Below, piece by piece: positions 38,484-45,836 of a stretch of 64,000 nt of DNA; within the stretch, counting starts at the first letter, position 1; every line of letters begins with the position of its first letter. The DNA is taken from positions 64,030 through 128,029 of the forward strand of contig LCLX01000001.1 in assembly GCA_001002285.1 (NCBI GenBank), given 5' to 3'. Position numbers and translations under genes: made by a program. The notes under the pieces were generated by a model that had not been told where the DNA came from, did not search any database, and saw only the letters and a program-made list of their open reading frames with translations. The stretch comes from Microgenomates group bacterium GW2011_GWC1_46_15. GTDB lineage: Bacteria; Patescibacteriota; Microgenomatia; UBA1400; UBA12028.

Positions 38484-39350
38484 ATGGCTTTTACCCCAGA
38501 TCAAGTACGGCAGAGCATTGAGTCTTCAGCCGCAAACCCAGACCAATTAAGTACGGATCTTGCAAAAGAGCTTACACAAGATCGTTCTGAGCAAGTAGCA
38601 GCAAATTTAAAACTCGATGAAGTTTACGCCCAACTAGAAGGATTAAATCCTTCTGCGCGCATCGCCGAGTTAGCGCGTTTGGCAATTGGAGGAATTGGCG
38701 AGTTTGCGAAGGGGTATAGTAAACACCTTGAGAAGTCGGGTGAAGGAAGAAAGAAAAAGAAAGAACAGTATCAAGCGACTGTAGAGAAAACGCGTGGTCG
38801 CTGGGAAAAAATGGAAGAAAAAATGCGATTGAGAGAGGTCGCAGATAGAGCGGTAAGCAGGATTATGCAGGATGATGAGTACTTCGTTGGAAGGGATCGG
38901 GGGAGATTTGGACGCATAAAAGGTTGGGCAGAGCGTGGAAGAAAATGGATAGAAGAAAAAACAATAGGATTCCCCGAGTGGAGATCAAGAGTTAATGCGA
39001 AAAAAGAACAACAACATCTTGAGGGTGCAGCCAAGTATGCTCGACTTGCAGAAAAGCTGGGAGTAGTGAGTGAAGAAATAAGAAAACTGTTCAAAGAGAT
39101 GGATGCTGATGCAAGTCGGACAGCCTCGGGCAATCTTAATGAAGCAATGACGGAAGAACAGCGAACTGGTGCTAATGTTACCCAAACAGAACAGATGTTT
39201 GGGAAATCAATGAGTCCTGCCGCAGAAGCAATAGGTGAAGCGACTCGTGCCGCAATAAAGCAAATGAATCCCACAGATACATTGGCTCAAGGACAGCGCG
39301 CAGAACAAGGAATTTCGGAACAAGCACAACAAGTACAAAATGAGTATTAA
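38484..39350 (+). CDS. Hypothetical helical protein (288 aa)
   Basis: AAGGAG SD; charged, helical composition; no recognised domain. Confidence 0.8.
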   Translation: MAFTPDQVRQSIESSAANPDQLSTDLAKELTQDRSEQVAANLKLDEVYAQLEGLNPSARIAELARLAIGGIGEFAKGYSKHLEKSGEGRKKKKEQYQATVEKTRGRWEKMEEKMRLREVADRAVSRIMQDDEYFVGRDRGRFGRIKGWAERGRKWIEEKTIGFPEWRSRVNAKKEQQHLEGAAKYARLAEKLGVVSEEIRKLFKEMDADASRTASGNLNEAMTEEQRTGANVTQTEQMFGKSMSPAAEAIGEATRAAIKQMNPTDTLAQGQRAEQGISEQAQQVQNEY

Positions 39351-39364
39351 ATAACGGAGAATAT

Positions 39365-39589
39365 ATGGATAAAATTGTGCAAATTATAGAGGAACTCACA
39401 CAGACGATACTTTCAGATACAATGTTGGATGAGTCAACAAAAAGCACCCTTTTAGATCTTGCTGGAGAGGTTTCTCAAGATCCGACACCAGAAAATGTTA
39501 AGGCGCTTGTTCTTACATTGAAAACGCTTTCTAAAACAGAGAGATATCTCACCGCACTTGAAACATTGACCAATCTTTCAGCGGATTAG
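39365..39589 (+). CDS. Small helical hypothetical protein (74 aa)
   Basis: GGAG SD; resembles the C-terminus of the next ORF. Confidence 0.75.
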   Translation: MDKIVQIIEELTQTILSDTMLDESTKSTLLDLAGEVSQDPTPENVKALVLTLKTLSKTERYLTALETLTNLSAD

Positions 39590-39668
39590 CCTTTTTCTTT
39601 CTCATATTGACTCTCTTTATGTGTAATGAAATACTACTGGTATTCTTCTTGTATGGTGAGGGAGATTT

Positions 39669-42110
39669 ATGGCTGAAGAGATGCACAGTAGTGACTACGA
39701 AAAAGCGAAAGCTGATGCTACGAGTAAAGTTGCAGAAATAACGGCACAAAAAAACCAACTCGGAATGAGTGTTGAGGACGCACAACGCCAACAACAAAAC
39801 TTGCGTGATATTTCAACGAAATTAAGCGAGCAGGAGCAAAAAGCTGGAGAAGTTCATAACGAACTCACTACACTTGACGTCAAAAGAAAGCTGTATCAGG
39901 AATTATTTACAAAACGCCAGAGAACAATAACTGAGGAAGAACAAAGATTACGACAAATAGAAGAGAGACTATCCGTTAAAGAGAAAAACTTTTTTGTGAG
40001 AGTTATAAATAATCCGCAAACCCCATCACTTCTGAGAGATTTAGCAAGAGGAATGTCTCAAAACACAATAGACTATGAATCCGAGAAGGAACGACGCGCT
40101 CAAACAATGAATGTTCTCAGGGCTTTTGAGGCAATGGCAGTAGAAGACGAAAAAAACCTAGAAGAATTATCAATAAAAAGAACGAAGATTGAAGAACAAC
40201 TTGAACAAGTCCAGGGCGTTGCTGCAGAACTTGCTCGGCAAAAAGGAGAAGTAGAATCTTCCCCAGATGCCCAACGCGCAACCCTTGTTCTTGAAATGCA
40301 GCAAACGCTCGAAAAAGCAGAACAGGAACTTGAGCGTATTTCTGGAGAGGAACAAAAATATTGGAAGAGCTACAAAGAGAACATGTTTAATGATCTTGGT
40401 ATTACAGAAGAGGATGTAAAGAAGTGGGAAGAAGATGCTATTAATGTTCGCAAGAAGATAGAGGCGAGGAGTCCAGAGGAGAAAACGGAAGCAGAGGATA
40501 AAATTGTCGAAGGTATGGATATTGGGAGAACGAGAAGACTTTGGATTACAAATAACCCATACGAAACTGCAGTTGACGTTCGGTATAACGAAAAAGGCGA
40601 AGAAAGACCCCTTATTGAATCAGCTGACAACCTTTCCCGGCGCGCACTTTCTGCTGTTGAGTATTTCAAACATATGAGAGAATTGGCAAAAGAACATCAA
40701 GCTAACCTTCCTGGAATTATTGAACAAAGGCAGGAGTATTATGATGGCCAGGTTCGTGAGCTCTCTGAAGCAAAAAGAAAAGAGCTGTATGCCAAATTCG
40801 GGGTTCCTACAGATGAAGAATATAAAGCGCGCGTAAATGAAATACGGGAAAATGGAGTGTTGCTGGAAAATATTGATCAACTGCAGTGGGAAGCAGACAC
40901 GTTTGGGACAAAAGCGAAAAAAGATAAATTACAAAAAGCGCTAGGAAGAATTGAAAAGGAAGTTGACGCATATAACAAACAAATACAAGCATTAAAAGAT
41001 CAAGCACAAAAAGAACTTGAACAGTGGGTTGAAGAAGAACTGAAGCCATTATTAAAATATTTAGCCGCTGATATGGCAAACTCCATAGAACATACTTGGG
41101 AAACATTCGAACATCTTCCAATGAATGCGAAACAAATGATAGCGAGTGGAGAATATGATACCGCTCTTACTCAGGCTGAGGCTGTTACACAGAATGTAGA
41201 CAAACTCCGCGCGTTATTTACAGAAAAAGATGAGATTCTTGGAAAACTTAGTGAAGTTATTCTTGAACAAGAAAAAGAGATGGAGCAAGTTTCACAAAAA
41301 ATGAAATCTCTTCGAGATAGAATGGAAGAACTTCAAATGCAAGTTAATGGTATGGAAGATATGCTTGCGACCATTCCATCAAGATCAACGAAGCAAAGAA
41401 GATCAATAGAGTTAGTAAGGCGGGGATTTAAGGAACAGATTGAAATTGGAAGGCGCGATTTAGCAAAATTTGAAAAGTTACGAGTCAGAGCACTGGAGCA
41501 ACAAAAACAAATTTTGGATGCAGAAAAAGCAAAGTACTATCCCGTAGAACTTCTTGGTGGGAACCTTTTTGGTGATGAAGAGGGGGGAGAAGTTGCAGAA
41601 ACATATAAAGCCTCTATGTATGGAAAGTCTGGAGTAGAAATTGCAAGAAAAGTAGGGAACGAACAAATAAGATTGAAAGTAGATGGTCAGTTAACCGATT
41701 GGGAACAATTGCGCCAGGGAATTGAGAATGATATACAAGAATTTGTTCAAAAAAAGAAGGAAGAAGAACAGAAAGCGCGTGAACGAGCAGAGGGAACTGA
41801 AGCGCAAAAAAGGGCAATAGAGCTTGTTGAACAAATGAGGAGTTCAAATGAAGAACTTTTGAATCTTATGTTAACAACAGAATTTAACAACGAACATCCT
41901 GCAAATAATCAAGAAATCGTACAACAAGTTGCAAAAGACATGGATACTGTTATGGATTGGGTTGACGCCGTTGGTGATGATGAGGTAAAACGGAAAAAGC
42001 TAGCGGATGTTCTTGGGGCAATGGCGAAAGTTCTTGATGAGGGTGGTGAGTATAGAAGAATGAAAAAAACACTTGAAAACTTATCAGCCGGACTCCGATC
42101 CAGCACATGA
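39669..42110 (+). CDS. Long coiled-coil hypothetical protein (813 aa)
   Basis: GGGAG SD; E/K/Q/R-rich heptads; no Walker motifs. Confidence 0.88.
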   Translation: MAEEMHSSDYEKAKADATSKVAEITAQKNQLGMSVEDAQRQQQNLRDISTKLSEQEQKAGEVHNELTTLDVKRKLYQELFTKRQRTITEEEQRLRQIEERLSVKEKNFFVRVINNPQTPSLLRDLARGMSQNTIDYESEKERRAQTMNVLRAFEAMAVEDEKNLEELSIKRTKIEEQLEQVQGVAAELARQKGEVESSPDAQRATLVLEMQQTLEKAEQELERISGEEQKYWKSYKENMFNDLGITEEDVKKWEEDAINVRKKIEARSPEEKTEAEDKIVEGMDIGRTRRLWITNNPYETAVDVRYNEKGEERPLIESADNLSRRALSAVEYFKHMRELAKEHQANLPGIIEQRQEYYDGQVRELSEAKRKELYAKFGVPTDEEYKARVNEIRENGVLLENIDQLQWEADTFGTKAKKDKLQKALGRIEKEVDAYNKQIQALKDQAQKELEQWVEEELKPLLKYLAADMANSIEHTWETFEHLPMNAKQMIASGEYDTALTQAEAVTQNVDKLRALFTEKDEILGKLSEVILEQEKEMEQVSQKMKSLRDRMEELQMQVNGMEDMLATIPSRSTKQRRSIELVRRGFKEQIEIGRRDLAKFEKLRVRALEQQKQILDAEKAKYYPVELLGGNLFGDEEGGEVAETYKASMYGKSGVEIARKVGNEQIRLKVDGQLTDWEQLRQGIENDIQEFVQKKKEEEQKARERAEGTEAQKRAIELVEQMRSSNEELLNLMLTTEFNNEHPANNQEIVQQVAKDMDTVMDWVDAVGDDEVKRKKLADVLGAMAKVLDEGGEYRRMKKTLENLSAGLRSST

Positions 42111-42119
42111 TGGAAATCC

Positions 42120-44003
42120 ATGACAGAGGCTCCCCCAACTCCTCCGTTAGAAGCGGAAACAGATATACAGACAGAACGACAATCTCCGAAGCTCGTTATT
42201 TCTTCAGAAAGAGTAAAACAATTTAGAGGAAAATACCCTCATATTGTTACCATGCGGGAAGCGATGCTTTCTGATCTAGAGCAAGATGAATCACAATTTG
42301 ATGCAAGTGTTGTTGGCAAAGACGTTGCTCGAGCAAATTTTAAACGATATGTTGATGAGATTCGCTCCTCTCCCCTTACAACAATTCCATCTTTTGAAGA
42401 GATGCAAGAGTTTTTTTCACAGCCCACCAAATCCCAGGAAATTCCTGATGAGGAGGTTGTGGACGATACCGATCTTGATGAAAGAATTGTTCAATTTTGG
42501 AAAGAATATGATGATGTCAAAAATGCATTCACGAATGTATCCGTGACTATAGATCCCTCCGTTGCAGAGTATGTAAATTCTCAATTCGCTCAAATAGATC
42601 AGTTATCAGAGCTGAGTCTTTTTACAAGAGAGAATGTAGCTCGTGCGGAAGAAAAATTAGCAACAATACGTCGAAAATTAGATGAGCATTCTGGTGAAAC
42701 ACAACGGAAAGCTGAAGAATTAAAACAAGATCTTCAAAACAGGGTTCAGGCCGTTAGGACTCAACTCGAGGCATGGAAGGATAAGTTCGATCCAGATGAC
42801 TATCAATCTATTTTGGAAGAGTGTGTGTATTTGGAAAGTGAAATGAATTCCGCCGTACTTGCTCGACTTAACTATATTAATCTTAGATTGGCTCACCTCG
42901 AAACTAAAGTTTCACAAAGTATTAATGCAATGATTGAAGATATCGAAAGAGCCCAAAGAACGTTTCCTGAGGTACTACGAGATTTTCTTAAAGAAACGAA
43001 AAACGCAAAAGGGAAAAATATTGTTGAGGGAGTAATGAATAAGATTTTTGGTAAAAATGAAAAGGAACATCAAGAAAAACTCGCACATTATTTATCGTTT
43101 TTGTTAGGTCTATGCACTTCTTATGGATTGCTTCACGCAGGACACGTTGATGCAGGCCTGAGTTTTAATTTTGCAGTATTCTCAGAAGTTTTTTCCGGAC
43201 TTGCACAACTTACAATAAGTCGAGGAATGCAAGAGCGTGTTGAAATGCTCGAGTATCATCCTCGTGCGAAAAAGATTTTTGGTTCTCTTGCAGAGAAACA
43301 TACGATTTCTTCTCTCATGGGAAGAAGTAGAGAAATTAGTAAGTATGTGTGGTCGGGTATCCACGGTATTGCGGCTGGGGCGGTTTTGCACACGGGATCA
43401 ACTTTTATTGAAAACGCTATGAATACAAGCGCGCATCAACACAAAGAAGTCGCATCACTTACAGGGAAAGCCCATCAAGAACAACCGGTACAGCCGCAAG
43501 GTGATGGAGGTACCTCGACTGGAACGGGTGGAGAAACGGGGGAAGCAGGGGGAATTCCACCAGCCGAAACTCCAACGGTGGGACCACTAAGCGAACCAGT
43601 AAATATCAATACTATGGTGAGTCAAACAGAAGTTGATTTTATTGGGAAATTAGGACATACAGATTTTCCCCGTGCGAGCATGAATCTTCTGGATCACATT
43701 GACCACGCAATTGCCGAAATCAATGGCATTGATCTTACACGTCTCGCCCAAAACACAACGATAGAACTTTTTAATAGAACATATGCTAAAGAAGCCATAC
43801 AAGCCTTACAGAGTGCGCTCCACGAACTTCCAAAAAATGTGCAACTCTATCAAATTCCAATGGACTGGCCAGCTGGTAAACGGTATCTTGTAGAAACGGC
43901 ACTTTCTGGCTATGTCCGAACAGACCCCATGTATCAAGGATTACAACCCATAAACATGGAACATATAAAGGCGATTATTGAGTATTTGAATACATTACAT
44001 TAA
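42120..44003 (+). CDS. Hypothetical coiled-coil protein with internal hydrophobic segments (627 aa)
   Basis: Acidic N-terminus, coiled coil, Gly-rich hydrophobic helices, G/T/P linker, C-terminal domain. Confidence 0.85.
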   Translation: MTEAPPTPPLEAETDIQTERQSPKLVISSERVKQFRGKYPHIVTMREAMLSDLEQDESQFDASVVGKDVARANFKRYVDEIRSSPLTTIPSFEEMQEFFSQPTKSQEIPDEEVVDDTDLDERIVQFWKEYDDVKNAFTNVSVTIDPSVAEYVNSQFAQIDQLSELSLFTRENVARAEEKLATIRRKLDEHSGETQRKAEELKQDLQNRVQAVRTQLEAWKDKFDPDDYQSILEECVYLESEMNSAVLARLNYINLRLAHLETKVSQSINAMIEDIERAQRTFPEVLRDFLKETKNAKGKNIVEGVMNKIFGKNEKEHQEKLAHYLSFLLGLCTSYGLLHAGHVDAGLSFNFAVFSEVFSGLAQLTISRGMQERVEMLEYHPRAKKIFGSLAEKHTISSLMGRSREISKYVWSGIHGIAAGAVLHTGSTFIENAMNTSAHQHKEVASLTGKAHQEQPVQPQGDGGTSTGTGGETGEAGGIPPAETPTVGPLSEPVNINTMVSQTEVDFIGKLGHTDFPRASMNLLDHIDHAIAEINGIDLTRLAQNTTIELFNRTYAKEAIQALQSALHELPKNVQLYQIPMDWPAGKRYLVETALSGYVRTDPMYQGLQPINMEHIKAIIEYLNTLH

Positions 44004-44011
44004 GGAAAAAT

Positions 44012-44323
44012 ATGGCAGATACATCAGGTATTGTCCGTTGGATTGAACTGTTAAAGCAACAGGGAAAAACTGAAGAAGAAATTCAGAACGCTCTTATGGA
44101 TTTGAAGAACATGAGTTCACTAAATGTGTATACAACACTTGCAATAACTTTCACAGAAGATGAGTTAAAACAGATTGAAAGTATTACAGATGACCAAGGG
44201 GCAGAGAAAAAAGTTGAAGAAATGTTTCTTGCAAAGACAGGAATGAGTATTGCTGATCTTGTAAAGAGTGTTCAAGATGGGGTGGCAGGGCACGCCGTTC
44301 AGCAATTGCAAAAGAAAAGTTAG
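44012..44323 (+). CDS. Small acidic helical protein, DUF5663-like (tentative)
   Basis: AAGGA SD; pattern ..VY..L...F(T/S)EDE.K.IE.. recalls a CPR small-protein family. Confidence 0.6.
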   Translation: MADTSGIVRWIELLKQQGKTEEEIQNALMDLKNMSSLNVYTTLAITFTEDELKQIESITDDQGAEKKVEEMFLAKTGMSIADLVKSVQDGVAGHAVQQLQKKS

Positions 44324-44454
44324 AACTCTTTCCCCTCAAGTTCTCCAGATATGGTATAATACCCCCAATACTATTCGACTAGATACTTTTCTGTCTTGCG
44401 TTTCTCCGTATACAACGACTGAAACATTCAAGCTCGGCAGACAAGGGAGGACAT

Positions 44455-44724
44455 ATGGCACTCAATGTAACTGCCAAGAAAAAAATTATTCAGGACTTCG
44501 CCACAAAAAAAGGCGATACTGGTTCACCAGAGGTGCAGGTTGCACTTCTCACCGAAAAAATCAATCTTCTCACTGACCATTTGAAGAAACACCGCAAGGA
44601 CAATCACTCCCGCAAAGGTTTGCTGAAGATGGTTGCAAAGCGTCGCAGACTGCTCAACTTCCTTGAGCGCAAAGACGCAAAGCGGTACAATGAACTTCTC
44701 AAGCGGTTAAAGTTGGAAAAGTAA
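44455..44724 (+). CDS. rpsO: 30S ribosomal protein S15
   Basis: [33 protein letters not shown]. Confidence 0.99.
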   Translation: MALNVTAKKKIIQDFATKKGDTGSPEVQVALLTEKINLLTDHLKKHRKDNHSRKGLLKMVAKRRRLLNFLERKDAKRYNELLKRLKLEK

Positions 44725-44770
44725 GAATTTTCTCTCACGAAATCAGAAATGTAGTGATATAATACCAGAT

Positions 44771-45112
44771 ATGCAAAGAGTTTCTGCCTTGAGTGTACAG
44801 CATACTGTTTCCACACCTCTTCCTCGTGCTTTTTATACATATTTTTGGGATATCTCACCGAAAAACATTGATGTCCAGAAACATACAAAATATATTATTG
44901 AGCGCATCATGACGTGGGGAGATGAAACTGCGTGTAGGTGGATGCACAAAACTTTTAGTTTAGAAAGTATTCGTGAAACACTGAAAACTTCAAGGAACTT
45001 GGACAAAAAAACCGCGGTCTTTTTCTCGTACATCTATGATGTTTCCCAAAAGGAGGTGCGATGTTTACAGAAACAGTCTCCCCCGAGACCAAGCGCATTT
45101 TGGCCCTATTAG
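44771..45112 (+). CDS. DUF6922-like putative antitoxin
   Basis: YFWD...KYIIERIM.WG; overlaps the downstream nucleotidyltransferase. Confidence 0.7.
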   Translation: MQRVSALSVQHTVSTPLPRAFYTYFWDISPKNIDVQKHTKYIIERIMTWGDETACRWMHKTFSLESIRETLKTSRNLDKKTAVFFSYIYDVSQKEVRCLQKQSPPRPSAFWPY

Positions 45113-45690
45113 CAAAAGAGCCATTTGTCCGTAAATACTATCTTGCTGGTGGGACTGTGCTCGCATTGCACTATGGTCATCGTATCTCATACGATCTTGA
45201 TTTTTTTAGCCAAACTCCCGAGGAAAAACATATCATTGTAGACCGATTAACTGCATTGGGAAAAGTATTCATTAAACAGAATGATCAAGGAACATTTAAT
45301 GGGATTCTCGATGATGTAAAGATTAGTTTTTTCATCTATCCCTATCATCTTTTAAAACCGACAACACGAGTATTGGATGTTGAAACCGCAAGTTCATTGG
45401 ACTGTGCATGTATGAAACTTGACGCAATCGGATCGCGCGGATTAAAAAGAGATTTTTATGACCTCTACATGATTTTACATGAATATACACTCGACGAACT
45501 TTTGCATGCGTTCAAAGAGAAATATAAGACGGCAAGTACGGACCCATTCCATGTTCTTCGGAGTCTTACATATTTTATTGATGCAGAGGAAGATGAAGCA
45601 ATCAATCTCCTTAAACCACTCGAATGGGATACAGTAAAAACTTTCTTTATCAAACAAGTGAGTAGCTTTACACGGGAACGTCTGGTATAA
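45061..45690 (+). CDS. AbiEii-family nucleotidyltransferase toxin
   Basis: YLAGGTVLAL.YGHRISYDLDFF, MKL.AI..RG.KRDFYDLY. Confidence 0.9.
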   Translation: MFTETVSPETKRILALLAKEPFVRKYYLAGGTVLALHYGHRISYDLDFFSQTPEEKHIIVDRLTALGKVFIKQNDQGTFNGILDDVKISFFIYPYHLLKPTTRVLDVETASSLDCACMKLDAIGSRGLKRDFYDLYMILHEYTLDELLHAFKEKYKTASTDPFHVLRSLTYFIDAEEDEAINLLKPLEWDTVKTFFIKQVSSFTRERLV

Positions 45691-45723
45691 TAGTTTGGAT
45701 TAGGATTATATAAGAGAAAGGAA

Positions 45724-45827
45724 TGGAGTTTTGGAGGGATTGAGTATTCACATGTGCGTGAGCATACCTATCGCGGGTAGTAGCCGAAAACGTAGATGCG
45801 AACACTGAATTCCTCTCAAATTTTCCA
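45724..45827 (+). promoter_or_regulatory. Long imperfect hairpin in the pnp 5' leader
   Basis: TGGAG..TTGGAGGGATTGAGTATTC pairs with GAACACTGAATTCCTCTCAAATTTTCCA; TGGTATAAT -10 at 45683-45691. Confidence 0.6.
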
Positions 45828-45836
45828 GTTATTGAT

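Noticed and set aside
39669-42110. SMC/SbcC or phage tape-measure call for the 813-aa protein
   Set aside because: No Walker A/B, signature, hinge or zinc hook, and no tail genes nearby.
44385-44452. Possible S15 autoregulatory leader (TTTTCTGTC pairing with GGCAGACAA near the SD)
   Set aside because: Plausible, but the pairing is too weak to call without covariation analysis.
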